Shown here one piece after another: positions 10,595 to 20,980 of a stretch of 64,000 nucleotides of DNA. The notes under the pieces are model-generated. The model worked only from the letters and a program-made list of their open reading frames with translations, was not told where the DNA came from and ran no database searches. The stretch is from Roseibacillus sp. (GTDB lineage Bacteria; Verrucomicrobiota; Verrucomicrobiia; Verrucomicrobiales; Akkermansiaceae): positions 1-64,000 of the forward strand of contig CBDEUM010000033.1 of the NCBI GenBank assembly GCA_965242925.1, given 5' to 3'. The stretch's first letter is position 1. Each line of letters starts with the position of its first letter. The translations under genes were made by a program, and so were the position numbers.

Positions 10595-10782
10595 CGGTTT
10601 TTAGTCAGGATTTCGGTCAGTGGCCACGGACCTCTGGTTCAAAAGGCGGCCGATGAACCCTGATGATCCCAGCTAAAGAGAACACTCTGGGGATTCCCCG
10701 GTGAACCTATCGCTATATAAAAGAAACATTGCTGTAAAGGAATCTGGACCCTTCACCAGCTGAGTTCCGTAATCCTCTCGCA

Positions 10783-11814
10783 CTACCGCCACATCTCGAG
10801 GGAGTGCGCAGAAAAACCTGCTCCGAAACTGGTCAACCACAGGCGCTCATCCGGGGCACCTTGCCTCATCCTCTCTTCCAGGGCCATCAGCAGACAGGGA
10901 CTGCTGCAATTACCATACTGCCGGAGCACCTCCCGGCTCTCTGAAAGGCTTCCGCTCCCAAGCACCCGCTCTAATTCGTCGAGAACATCCCGCCCCCCGG
11001 TATGAGCGAGGATCCGGTTCGGTTCTCCCTTCCTTCTGCCATACAGATCGCTCACCGCCTTTCCCGCCAACCCTGGCACACTGCGGTGAAGTTTGTTCCT
11101 CAACTTTCCCTCCGCATTCACGAAGCGGATCTTTTCCCTCTCCTCAGGCCAATGCAACGTCTGGAAGGCACCGGCCAGGTACTTGCCCTCCCCCGGGACA
11201 TCCGACCACACGGCCGCGGCCGCACCGTCCCCGAAAAGGCAGAGGCTGATCAGCACTCCGGGATCGTCATCGAGATAAAACGCCGCGGAGCAGATTTCGA
11301 CCGCCACGGTCGCCACCCGGCTACCCGGGTTGGCCCGCAGGAATCCCTCCGCCGCTCGCAGGGTGGGCACCGCAGCCCCGCAACCCAGTCCGACGACATC
11401 ATTCAGATAGACATCAGTCCGCATTCCACCCTGTTCAGCAACATGACTTGAGACCCCCGGGCAGATGTATCCCGTGCAGGTACACACGATAAGCGCATCA
11501 AGATTGCTCATCTCTAACCCCGCCTCCTCGACCGCCTTCCCGAGGGCTTCCCCCGCCAGGCGGGGCGCCTCCCTTTCGAAGACCTCATTCAATTCCCCGG
11601 CGTTGCAGTCGAACAGCGCCGATAAGTCATCGGCCGCGAAATGCCTCTTCTCGATCCCCGAGTCACCGGAGAACACCTTGGTCAGCAAGGCCTGCGATCG
11701 CGTCTTGAGCCGCTGTACGGAGGGTGAACCCTGCAACACCTCCAGACAGTCTTTCTGGGTGTAGGAGTGGGACGGGACAGCCGTGGCTAGAGACTCAAGA
11801 AACATGGTAGTCAA
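10783..11814 (-). CDS. Type III polyketide synthase (chalcone/stilbene synthase family)
   Basis: Catalytic triad motifs GLGCGAA (Cys), AHTGG (His) and YGNCSS (Asn); also LFGDGAAA and FGAGF. Confidence 0.93.
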   Translation of the reverse strand: MTTMFLESLATAVPSHSYTQKDCLEVLQGSPSVQRLKTRSQALLTKVFSGDSGIEKRHFAADDLSALFDCNAGELNEVFEREAPRLAGEALGKAVEEAGLEMSNLDALIVCTCTGYICPGVSSHVAEQGGMRTDVYLNDVVGLGCGAAVPTLRAAEGFLRANPGSRVATVAVEICSAAFYLDDDPGVLISLCLFGDGAAAAVWSDVPGEGKYLAGAFQTLHWPEEREKIRFVNAEGKLRNKLHRSVPGLAGKAVSDLYGRRKGEPNRILAHTGGRDVLDELERVLGSGSLSESREVLRQYGNCSSPCLLMALEERMRQGAPDERLWLTSFGAGFSAHSLEMWR

Positions 11815-12824
11815 CGCAGGATACGTGAAAGGGTCCTGAAAGGTAACAGCCCCGAGCGCGCCGCGCCGGCCAGCAAAAACCTTCCGGATTTCGTCAGTAA
11901 GAGTGGATGCAAAACGCGTGCTGTAAAGAGACGGCGTCGAAATCTCTTTCGCAAACTCCCCCGGATGTCTCTAAGGACCTCCATCCAGCACACCGTCCCC
12001 CCGGCATAACGCCTCAACGGATCCACCGCGATCTCGGCCGCCTCAAAGGCCATCGACATCCCATTCCCGGTAAACGGAGGAATCATGCTTTCGGCATCCC
12101 CGAGGGTCAGGAGGCCTCCCGACCCTGCCTGCAATCCGAAGGAAAAGGCACTTACCCCGAGAAAGGATCCTGTATCAGGATCCCCGCCCCGCAGACGTCC
12201 GGCCAGATCCTCCAGCCCGTTTTCTGCGAGGCAGTTCCAGAGCAATTCAGGTCCCCGTCCCCCGTAGCGACGGTTAAGGAAAAGACCGCATACATTCACC
12301 CGCCCATCCTCAACCGGAGCCAGTCCGGCATACCCGTGCCGGCCCAAATGCATTTCGAGACCCCGCTGATCAGTCAACTTCCGCACATGCACCTTGAGCC
12401 CAAGCCATCTGCTGCTTCTCTCCATCTTGCGGCCAGCCGTCCAGACACACCCTTCTCTCACCTCCTCCTTCTGCCGGGAACCGGTATGGAGCTGTCCTCC
12501 CAGTTCCTGGAACCGCGTGGCGAGGTCCAGGTCAAGCCGCCGCCTTGAGACCCCCAGGGCGGGCCTCTCCAGTCGTCCCCCGTAAATACGCTCCCCGCCG
12601 AGAAACCAGCGCGTCTCCTCATGGAGCGGGACACCCGAAAACAGATCGGTAATTCCCAGCCTCGTAAGTGTTTCCTCTCCCGCCCCATTGATGAATTCCC
12701 CGCACACGCGATGCCTTGGATACTGCCCCGCCTCGTGCAGGATCACCGGTACCCGGGCCCGCCGGAGGGCGATTCCCAGCGACAGTCCCGCCAAGCCCCC
12801 ACCCACGATAGTCACCTCCTTCAT
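11811..12824 (-). CDS. FAD-dependent oxidoreductase/monooxygenase (geranylgeranyl reductase-like)
   Basis: [13 protein letters not shown]ossmann motif, [25 protein letters not shown]. The start at 12824 overlaps the upstream stop (ATGA). Confidence 0.88.
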   Translation of the reverse strand: MKEVTIVGGGLAGLSLGIALRRARVPVILHEAGQYPRHRVCGEFINGAGEETLTRLGITDLFSGVPLHEETRWFLGGERIYGGRLERPALGVSRRRLDLDLATRFQELGGQLHTGSRQKEEVREGCVWTAGRKMERSSRWLGLKVHVRKLTDQRGLEMHLGRHGYAGLAPVEDGRVNVCGLFLNRRYGGRGPELLWNCLAENGLEDLAGRLRGGDPDTGSFLGVSAFSFGLQAGSGGLLTLGDAESMIPPFTGNGMSMAFEAAEIAVDPLRRYAGGTVCWMEVLRDIRGSLRKRFRRRLFTARVLHPLLLTKSGRFLLAGAARSGLLPFRTLSRILR

Positions 12825-13483
12825 CGGCGCCTTGCCAGGAGTCGATACCCTCCCGTCAACGTGGTTGTTTCCTTCACCTCCCACTCGTTTCCCAGTCCCA
12901 GTGCCAGGGGTAACTCCCCCGGCAGGAACCCCGCACGAATACTCGCGATCATGTCATGGCGCGTCACTTTTCCTACGAAAGGGATCAACCCATAGCCTTC
13001 AGCAAGAGCCCACCGGGAACGTAGAGGCTCAACGAAGGCCAGAAGGTCCGATCCGGCGATCCGCCGACCCAGTCGGCACAGCGAGTCTTCCTCAAAGTGA
13101 TGCAGCACAAACGTTCCCACCACCACTCCGTTTATCAAGCTCTCCCCTTCAAGAAAATCTCCCTGTTGCCAGGACGCCATCTCGGACAGGCCAGCAGGTC
13201 GAGGCGCAAGGTCATACCCTCGGGAACGAAACCCCTTCGCTGCCAACCTGCCGGTCAGGCATCCATCCCCCGCCCCAAGTTCATGAATCTCCGTTTCCGA
13301 AGGAACATTGGACAGACAGGAAAGCATCCAGCGGGCATTGCCCATGAGCGCATTGATGCGACCCAGGTCCCTGCGACTCCGCTGCGCCTGCACGTCATCG
13401 GGAGACAAGGAATCCAGGATTTCGGGAGTAACCTCACGGGGGAGCACGAACGATCTTCGCCCGATATGAATGTATGGCAACAC
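12821..13483 (-). CDS. SAM-dependent methyltransferase (type III PKS-associated)
   Basis: EILD...DL.RIN N-terminus, ELGAGDG motif I, FVLHHF, TRHD..ASIRAGF. Start may be GTG 13447. Confidence 0.85.
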   Translation of the reverse strand: MLPYIHIGRRSFVLPREVTPEILDSLSPDDVQAQRSRRDLGRINALMGNARWMLSCLSNVPSETEIHELGAGDGCLTGRLAAKGFRSRGYDLAPRPAGLSEMASWQQGDFLEGESLINGVVVGTFVLHHFEEDSLCRLGRRIAGSDLLAFVEPLRSRWALAEGYGLIPFVGKVTRHDMIASIRAGFLPGELPLALGLGNEWEVKETTTLTGGYRLLARRR

Positions 13484-13515
13484 CGCGATGAATAATCACG
13501 GAGAGCCGAAACTTA

Positions 13516-15210
13516 TCAGTTTCGCCTGACCACAAACCGGACGAACCCGGTGGCAGCATCACCGGGAAGAGGATAGCCCAGATCAAGCGTCCGACGTCCC
13601 TCCGTATCCCGAATGTCATTTTCAACCATACCAGCAACCGCGCTCCAGGACCTCAGATCGCTCGACATCTGGGCCTCTACGATGGTCGCCGGATCACTCG
13701 TCAATCCACTGATTGTCAAGCGGATGAATCTCCCGTCAATTCGGAGGTTGGAGATTGGCGGACTACCGCTGGCTCGGCGAGGATCGCTTCCGAAGGCAAA
13801 CTCGACCAGGTTCCCCGCCCCGTCACCGTCCGGGTCGGCAAGGTTTCCCCAAACCGTTGCTTCCAAGCCCGGATCGCCCATCTCAGCCGCGAAATATATT
13901 TCCCGCCAAACATCAAGCTGGGAGGTCGGCCCCCCAATCAATTGGGCGATCGGCACCGTGCGGTCCGAGAATTTCACGAACTCGATCCCGACCAGGGTAT
14001 CGGAACCGTCCCGCCCGGGAGCGCTGTCGACGAGAGTAATCCGTCCCCCCGCGCCCCCTGTGACAGCATAGTCGACCCGCTTGCCACGGAAGACCGCGGT
14101 GTCCTCCCCCCCCGCTCCATCGAGGACGTTGTTGCCCTGATTACCGGTTAGAGTGTTGTCCCGGGCATTCCCGGTCAGGTTCGAATCACGGGTTCCGACC
14201 AGTCTCGCCTTCAGAAGATACTGCGAGTGATGGGTGTAGGCCCTGTCCCGGTCAAAGCTCATCCCGAAGGTGCCGGTGAAATCGGGGTCGATCCGGGCCT
14301 CGTAAGTCAGGTGCTCAGGAAAAAACTTCCCCATCAGGGCCCAGCCCATGGGATCCTCCCTCCTGATCTCGTCCCGGGTCTTGGCAATATATTCCCCCCA
14401 CATCCCAAGGGATGCATTCTCTGTCCACGCCCCCCACAAGCCGTAGTAGCTGTCTATCAAACTGGCCAGATACTCCTGTGTGAGGCTGTTCTCATCCGCA
14501 AGTTCCTCATACCACTCGCGATCCCGGCGTGATCCCAGTGGCCAGATCTGAAAATTGTCCGCCATCGCATTATTGGTGGCCCGGCGGATCTCCTCCTGAT
14601 AGGCGGGCAGCACCCCGGGCTGGGTATTTCGTCCGTCCACCCCGATCCCGGTGTCATGCACGAGGTGCAGGATCTCCTCGAAGGTTGCATCCCGGTGGTC
14701 GTAGTCCTGTTCGATGTACCACCGGTGTCCCTCGACCTGCATCTCGTTCTGGTAGAGGGGCTGGGCCGGAAGGTTGGGTTCATTGCCCTCCGAGTGGGTC
14801 CCGTTGACCAGCATCAGCATGGCTTCATTGGCAGCCATCCGGTTCCCCAGCGCGGCCTTGGCAGCACCAAACTCGGAACCCGGCACATCGGTGAGGAACA
14901 TTCTCAGGACCTCCCGGGCCCGCACGATCTGGCCCTCGCTGATCCGCGACTGGGCGATGATATGAATCGCCTTCCCGTTGGCGGTGATGACCTTCGTGTA
15001 GCGGTTGAACCGCCGGAATGCCCTCGGAAGCCCCTTGGGCATGGCCACGATCCCTTCCGGGGCCGCACCGATGTCGATATCGTCGGGAAGATCCTGCGCC
15101 CTGGACGGCCTCATGAAGAGACTAGTGAGAACCAGCACAACGAACCACAACCCCATGAACCGTGAATGAAGGATGCCTCTGATCACGATCGTCAAACTAG
15201 CAGCACTCAC
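13516..15210 (-). CDS. Secreted zincin-like protein with hemolysin-type Ca-binding repeats and a C-terminal DPDGDG tail
   Basis: Hydrophobic N-terminus; FEEILHLVH...QEY motif; LTGNARDNTLTGNQGNNVLDGAGGED; ADPDGDGAGNLVEFAFGSDP. Confidence 0.7.
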   Translation of the reverse strand: MSAASLTIVIRGILHSRFMGLWFVVLVLTSLFMRPSRAQDLPDDIDIGAAPEGIVAMPKGLPRAFRRFNRYTKVITANGKAIHIIAQSRISEGQIVRAREVLRMFLTDVPGSEFGAAKAALGNRMAANEAMLMLVNGTHSEGNEPNLPAQPLYQNEMQVEGHRWYIEQDYDHRDATFEEILHLVHDTGIGVDGRNTQPGVLPAYQEEIRRATNNAMADNFQIWPLGSRRDREWYEELADENSLTQEYLASLIDSYYGLWGAWTENASLGMWGEYIAKTRDEIRREDPMGWALMGKFFPEHLTYEARIDPDFTGTFGMSFDRDRAYTHHSQYLLKARLVGTRDSNLTGNARDNTLTGNQGNNVLDGAGGEDTAVFRGKRVDYAVTGGAGGRITLVDSAPGRDGSDTLVGIEFVKFSDRTVPIAQLIGGPTSQLDVWREIYFAAEMGDPGLEATVWGNLADPDGDGAGNLVEFAFGSDPRRASGSPPISNLRIDGRFIRLTISGLTSDPATIVEAQMSSDLRSWSAVAGMVENDIRDTEGRRTLDLGYPLPGDAATGFVRFVVRRN

Positions 15211-15318
15211 CCGATCCGTCGAGCAGGTGCTCCCCCTTCCGGTCAGACATTGTTTCAGATCCTCCCTTCCGCATTGGGCCCCGGAAACTAGTGACCTGCC
15301 TGCTCAAGTGGACTGCCC

Positions 15319-16461
15319 TCACCGGGTCAGGAGGTTCCGTCCCCGCTCCGTTTCCCATGCCTGCTTCTGCATCAGGAGGTTCGGGAGCTTGGGCTGCAGC
15401 GGATAGGTCCGGTGGAAGACCCCGGTTGCCGATCCCGAAAGTGGCGGCACGATCCACGACCACTCGGCCTGCACCTCACATCCGGCCTGCTCTTCACGAC
15501 CACAGAAGCTGAGAAATTCCCTCGAGGCCTGGTGGTGATCAACCAGTCTCACCCCATCCCGCTCAAACGAATGCAGCACGGCCTCGTTGAGAACAACGAA
15601 GGCGCGATCTTTCCACAACCGGGATCTGTCGCAACCCAGTCCGAGCTGCTCCCCTATGACCGGAATCAGATTGTAGCGCTGCTCATCTCCCAAGTTGCGT
15701 GATCCGATCTCCGTACCCATATACCACCCATTGAAGGGAGCGCAGGGATACAGTTCCCGGCCAGTCACCAGGAGCATATCCGAAAGCGCTGGAAGAGCAT
15801 ACCACCGCAGCCCGAGCTTCTCAAACCAGGGATAATCAGGATGAGCCAGAGCCACCTCCATCACCACCTCCCGGGGAAGCTCCCGCACCAACAATTGATC
15901 TCCATACTGGATCACGAGGGGGAGCAGGTCAAATTTCCCGGGCGAGGACGGAGGAACCCAGCCGAGGTCACACGCAATCCCCGTGAATTTCACATTCATC
16001 GGGTCCCCCAGCACGGAACCGTCGGGTCGGCGGTAGCCGGCGTAGCGGACGAGTTGGTGATTCCAGACCCGGATCTCTTGCTCGGGATCCTCCCACCGCC
16101 CAAAGACGGTCTGGGTGGGGATGATCCTGCCGCCATTCGTCGCCCGACGGAGATGTTCCACACAGGCATCGAAGATCGAGTCCAGGTCCGTTACCCCACG
16201 TGCATCGACCACCTGCAGGGACTGCCAGTGCAGGCGCCCGATACAGCGCACCGATTGCCTCCATGCTTCCCGGGCCTCATCCTCAAGGGAGAGTTCCGGC
16301 CCCTGGTCACTGCAGAGAAGCGCTCCATCTGAGACCACATCCCAGTGCCGGGTGTGGTCCAGGGCCATCGCTCCTTGTCCGAACGGACAAGAGCCACTTG
16401 ACCCGTCCGACTTCTCCGGAACCGGGAGCGAATTGCTCCGATGCCCAGTATTTTTCATCAA
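15319..16461 (-). CDS. nos: Bacterial nitric oxide synthase, oxygenase domain only
   Basis: AWRQSVRCIGR (heme Cys), WNHQLVRYAGY, PFNGWYMGTEIG (Arg-binding Glu), AVLHSF, VDHH, WSWIVPP, VFH. Confidence 0.93.
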   Translation of the reverse strand: MMKNTGHRSNSLPVPEKSDGSSGSCPFGQGAMALDHTRHWDVVSDGALLCSDQGPELSLEDEAREAWRQSVRCIGRLHWQSLQVVDARGVTDLDSIFDACVEHLRRATNGGRIIPTQTVFGRWEDPEQEIRVWNHQLVRYAGYRRPDGSVLGDPMNVKFTGIACDLGWVPPSSPGKFDLLPLVIQYGDQLLVRELPREVVMEVALAHPDYPWFEKLGLRWYALPALSDMLLVTGRELYPCAPFNGWYMGTEIGSRNLGDEQRYNLIPVIGEQLGLGCDRSRLWKDRAFVVLNEAVLHSFERDGVRLVDHHQASREFLSFCGREEQAGCEVQAEWSWIVPPLSGSATGVFHRTYPLQPKLPNLLMQKQAWETERGRNLLTR

Positions 16462-16610
16462 CTTGAATGTAAGGCCTATTCTCGCGTCTTTATAATCGAT
16501 AGATAATGCATGAACATTGAATGAAACGATACTCTATTGAGACGGAGGTCTCAGGAATCAGAGCCTCTTCCGATCTGGCTTAGACATACCCGATTTGATT
16601 TCCTTCTTCA

Positions 16611-18146
16611 ATGAGCCGTCTCGGTGTCCTTACATTCCTCGCCTGCGCGTTCAATTGCCAAGCCCAACTGAAAATGGAATCCCTTCCCGGGGACGGGATA
16701 TGGGTCGATCCGCGATTCGAAAAAACCAACCCGGAAAACCGGATCCGGGCCGTGGTCTGGTTTGAGAGGCAGTTCCTGGGAGACGGTAGCGCCTTCCTGC
16801 GCCGTGCGAAGGAGTTCGACGGAACTGGCCGGATCAAGCTCCGTACTCAGGTCCTCACCGCCCTGAAAGCCGCCAGCGAATCCTCCCAGAAGGCCGCACA
16901 GGAACAACTCAGCATTCTTGTCGAAGCCGGGACCATTTCATCCCCGCAGTATACCTGGATCGTCAACGGTTTTACCTGCACCACCACCAGCAGGGGCGTG
17001 GAGAAACTGAAAGCCGTCCCCGGGGTGAAGAAGATCTTTCACGGGGGACCGGTCCGCCGGTTCAATTCCCCTCCGGCGCAGGAGAACGGACCGGAAGAGG
17101 GCAAGGCCAGGGCTCCCGCCACCCTCAAGCTGGATCCCTTCGACCCCGCTCAGAACAATCCTCTCTGGTACATCGGGAAACTGAAGGTCGAACGGGTCTG
17201 GAAGGAGCTCGGGATCACCGGGAAAGGCACCCTCAACGTGATCCACGATGGCAATTTCATCCACTCCCCCTGGATCGACGGGACTCTCCATCGCAACCCC
17301 GGCGAGAAAGAGAACGGACGGGATGATGATGGTAATGGACTGGTGGACGATCTCCATGGCTACGATTTCACCCGTGACACCGGCAACCTGACCCGCCGCA
17401 CCCTGCCGCCCGGCCGCCCCCACCCTTCGGTCCTGCACGGACACCAGTGCGTCTCCATCATCTGCGGCCGCGGCTCGGAGGGCTATCCGGTGCAACCGGG
17501 CCTGGCCCCGGAGGCAAGGTGGGCCGGGGTCATCGCCATGAGCAACATCGAGCAGGCCGTACAGTGGGCCATCGAGCAGGGGGCCGACACCTACAGCATG
17601 AGCTTCTCCCGCCCCAACCTGGGCAACTACCGCTCACACTGGCGCAAGCTGATGGAGCACGGAGCCTTCTGTGGGGTGCATTTCGTCTCCGGGGCGGGCA
17701 ACTTCGCCCGGGACCAGCCCGTCCCGGTCCAGATGCGCGTTCCCGAGGACATTCCTCACGCCGTCTTCGCGGCGGCGGGCGTGCAGCGCGACCTGAGCCG
17801 GACCCCCTTTTCCAGCCAGGGTCCGGTCGAATGGAAGACCGAGCACTACCGCGAGGGACGGGTCAACAAGCCGGAAGTCTGCGCCTTCAACTTCCGGGTT
17901 CCCCTTCTCCCCCCTTTGGGAGGACGACCCACCACCACCTGCAGTGGCAACTCTTTTGCCGGTCCCATGTTCTGCGGCACCATCGCCCTCATGCTCTCCG
18001 CCAATCCCGAACTGAAACCCTGGGAGACCCGCGAAATCATCATCAGGACCGCCACTGATGTGGCTGATGAAGGATTCGATTTCCAGACCGGCCACGGCCT
18101 GATCAATGCCTTCGAGGCCGTGAAAATGGCAAGGGCGCGGAAGTGA
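16611..18146 (+). CDS. Secreted S8 (subtilisin-like) serine peptidase with propeptide
   Basis: Signal peptide; VIHDGN (Asp), NGRDDDGNGLVDDLHGYDF, HGHQC (His), GAGN, FSSQGP, SGNSFAGP (Ser), ALMLSANP, GHGLINA. Confidence 0.85.
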   Translation: MSRLGVLTFLACAFNCQAQLKMESLPGDGIWVDPRFEKTNPENRIRAVVWFERQFLGDGSAFLRRAKEFDGTGRIKLRTQVLTALKAASESSQKAAQEQLSILVEAGTISSPQYTWIVNGFTCTTTSRGVEKLKAVPGVKKIFHGGPVRRFNSPPAQENGPEEGKARAPATLKLDPFDPAQNNPLWYIGKLKVERVWKELGITGKGTLNVIHDGNFIHSPWIDGTLHRNPGEKENGRDDDGNGLVDDLHGYDFTRDTGNLTRRTLPPGRPHPSVLHGHQCVSIICGRGSEGYPVQPGLAPEARWAGVIAMSNIEQAVQWAIEQGADTYSMSFSRPNLGNYRSHWRKLMEHGAFCGVHFVSGAGNFARDQPVPVQMRVPEDIPHAVFAAAGVQRDLSRTPFSSQGPVEWKTEHYREGRVNKPEVCAFNFRVPLLPPLGGRPTTTCSGNSFAGPMFCGTIALMLSANPELKPWETREIIIRTATDVADEGFDFQTGHGLINAFEAVKMARARK

Positions 18147-18372
18147 TCCCGCAGGACCCCCGTTTCTACCCGGGCCCCTCCCTCACCTGGTCGCCAAACT
18201 GACTCGGTTGCTTGAAGTGCCCGGCGGGAATTCCCCGGTCTCCGACAGAGGAGACCAAGGCCAAATAACTGACTGAAACCTGGTGAAAGCGTTTGTGAGT
18301 CATCCAGAAGACCGCGCATCGTCATCGTAAGATCAACCAAGGGATGCCATTTCCTCTGAATCTTGTTGCCCA

Positions 18373-20706
18373 ATGGGCCTGTCTTCATCTTTGTTCGTAG
18401 AGGCCATGACCAATTCATTCATCATCCATTGGAAACTTCCTGGCATTCGGCTCCGGACTTTTCCCGAAAGCTCCCGGATAGGAATTTTCTCTCACTCCAG
18501 TTCCCTGAAGGCTCTCTTTATTCTTGTCGCCATGACCATGGTGAGCATCCCGGCTGATGCCGATGTCCGCCTGCCGCGAATATTCGGGGATCACATGGTC
18601 CTTCAGCGTGGAATGAAGTTGCCGGTCTGGGGCTGGGCTGATGCGGGAGAGAAACTTACCCTCACGTTGAAAGGCAGGGGCCTCGACATCAAGGTCGACA
18701 CCACCGCCGACGGTGGCGGAAAGTGGAGGTGTGAATTGCCTGTGCTCAAGGCCGGCGGCCCCTACGTGATGGCCGTGACCGGCAACAATGCGATCACCTT
18801 CAACAACGTGATGGCAGGAGAAGTCTGGTTGTGCTCGGGGCAATCGAACATGGAGGTTCCTGTTGGCCTGATGAACGGAGCCGCATGGTGGAAAGGTGTT
18901 CTTGACTACCAGCAGGAACTGGCCTCCGCCAGCAACCCAAAGCTGCGTCTGTTCAAGGTCGCCACCACCTGGCAGCGGGCTCCGATACCGGATGTCAACG
19001 GGACATGGGCGGTGTCCTCTCCCACGGCGGCTGCCGGCTTTTCCGGCACCGGGTTCTTCTTTGGCCGGAAACTCGTCAAGGATCTCGATGTCACCGTCGG
19101 GTTGATCGCGGCGGCGGTGGGAGGAATGCCCATTGAACAGTTTTCACCGCATTCGGGGCAGGCCTTCTGGTATAACGGGATGATCGCCCCGGTCATACCC
19201 TATGGGATTCGGGGGGCAATCTGGTACCAGGGCGAGACGAATTTCTGGGCAGGAGACCGGGCGAATTACTTCGATAAACAGAAGGCCCTGATCGATTCCT
19301 GGCGACAGATCTGGAAACAGGGTGATTTCCCCTTCTACCTCGTGCAATTGGCTCCCGGGCTGGGAGACCCTCTGCCGCTGTTCTGGGAAGCGCAGGCCCG
19401 CACCCTCAGCGTCAGGAATACGGGAATTGTCTCCACCAACGATATCGGCGGAGACCCGGTTCACCCCCGGGACAAACGCGGAGTCGGCGAGCGCCTGGCC
19501 CGCTGGGCCCTCGCCAAGGACTACGGGCGGAAGATCGCTTTCAGCGGCCCGACCTTCAAGTCGATGAAGGTCGAGGGACACATGATCAGGGTGAGCTTTG
19601 ACAATGTCGGTTCCGGTTTGAGAGCGCGAAACAATGAGCCGATCAGTGGCTTCGAGATCGCCGGAGATGGAAAGTTCTTCCCGGCCAAGGCCTTGATCGA
19701 TGGCGAGACCGTGCTGGTGGCAAGCAAGAAGGTTCCCAGGCCTTCTCTGGTCCGTCTCGGCTGGCACCATTTGTCCAACACCAACCTGCAGAACAGGGCC
19801 GGACTCCCGGCCTTTCCGTTCCGGACCGGCAGCAGCGCCCCGGAAATCGGCGGAAAGAGGCTCTTCAAGAAATCCTCCACCGTCACACTGAAGGCAATGG
19901 AAGGCAATGGGAGCATCCACTATTCACTCGATGGTTCCCTGCCGGACAAAACATCACCCGTCTACACCAGCCCCATTGAGATCAGCAAGACCACTGCCAT
20001 TCGCGCCAGATTCTACCGGGGCGATGGCATCATGAGCAGTGTCACCGAGGCGATCTTCAGCAGGGCTGAACCCCGCAAGCATGGGACCAAGACGCTCAAC
20101 CTGGGAGTCCGCTACAGGTATTATGAGGGATCCTGGGCCGCTCTGCCAGATTTCGACACGATCGAGGCCATCAAGACGGGCACTGCAGATGACTTCAACC
20201 TGACGATGGCTGACCGAGCGGATGGTTACGCCCTGGCCTTTACCGGATATCTCGATGTCAGGGAACCGGGACTCTATACCTTCCAGACCACCAGCGATGA
20301 CGGAAGCGCATTGCTCGTGGACGGAGAACTGGTGGTTGATAACAATGGAATTCATCCGCCCGTCACGAAATCTGGCGAACTTCAGCTTCGCAAGGGATGG
20401 AGAAAGATCGAGGTCCTCTTCTTCGAAGGCAGTGGCCAGGAAGCTCTGAGCGTTCAGTACAAGGGGCCTGACACTCCCCTTCAGGCGCTTCCCTGCTGGT
20501 GCGAGCAGGGACTGGAAAATGCCGGACCCCTCAGGGTCTTTACCAACAAGTCGGGCACCAAGATCAAGGCCAGGACGGTTTCCGTTTCGGGAAACAAGGT
20601 GCACTTCGTTCGTGATGACAAAAAGGAGTTCATTGTCCCGGTTGATTCGCTGAGCGAAGAGGACCAGAAATACCTGAAGGACTGGGTTGCCAATGGAGAG
20701 AGGTAA
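18373..20706 (+). CDS. Sialate O-acetylesterase (SASA/SGNH) with FN3-associated, PA14 and SHD1 domains; true start probably ~18505-18532
   Basis: IFGDHMVLQR, GEVWLCSGQSNM, WYQGETN, DPVHP; IHYSLDGSLP; TSDDGS...NNGIH (PA14); FTNKSGTKIKA...LSEEDQKYL (SHD1). Confidence 0.88.
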   Translation: MGLSSSLFVEAMTNSFIIHWKLPGIRLRTFPESSRIGIFSHSSSLKALFILVAMTMVSIPADADVRLPRIFGDHMVLQRGMKLPVWGWADAGEKLTLTLKGRGLDIKVDTTADGGGKWRCELPVLKAGGPYVMAVTGNNAITFNNVMAGEVWLCSGQSNMEVPVGLMNGAAWWKGVLDYQQELASASNPKLRLFKVATTWQRAPIPDVNGTWAVSSPTAAAGFSGTGFFFGRKLVKDLDVTVGLIAAAVGGMPIEQFSPHSGQAFWYNGMIAPVIPYGIRGAIWYQGETNFWAGDRANYFDKQKALIDSWRQIWKQGDFPFYLVQLAPGLGDPLPLFWEAQARTLSVRNTGIVSTNDIGGDPVHPRDKRGVGERLARWALAKDYGRKIAFSGPTFKSMKVEGHMIRVSFDNVGSGLRARNNEPISGFEIAGDGKFFPAKALIDGETVLVASKKVPRPSLVRLGWHHLSNTNLQNRAGLPAFPFRTGSSAPEIGGKRLFKKSSTVTLKAMEGNGSIHYSLDGSLPDKTSPVYTSPIEISKTTAIRARFYRGDGIMSSVTEAIFSRAEPRKHGTKTLNLGVRYRYYEGSWAALPDFDTIEAIKTGTADDFNLTMADRADGYALAFTGYLDVREPGLYTFQTTSDDGSALLVDGELVVDNNGIHPPVTKSGELQLRKGWRKIEVLFFEGSGQEALSVQYKGPDTPLQALPCWCEQGLENAGPLRVFTNKSGTKIKARTVSVSGNKVHFVRDDKKEFIVPVDSLSEEDQKYLKDWVANGER

Positions 20707-20980
20707 CCGGGAGATCCTGAATGAACAGAGCATGCTCCCTGCACACCCTCCTTCCCCGGGCCATGGGCCTCCCTGCGAACCCGGCCTGAAAAAGCGATTT
20801 GCCAGCCGTAATCGTCAGAATTTTCGGTGCGCAAGGGGTGAAAGAAGCCTCCGAGCGGGCCTTGTCCGGGTGCCGCCGAGTTTTCGGATTTACTGACTTC
20901 AACCGGGGAGATCGTGGCCAGTGAGCCCGGTCTTCACCAGAGACCAGAGACGGGGAGTGATTGTTTTCCTGGCGCTCGGA

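Noticed and set aside
10690..10745. Possible Pho box upstream of the phosphoesterase cluster
   Set aside because: TTTACA, TTTATA and GTTCAC half-sites are present on the minus strand but not at a consistent 11-bp period.
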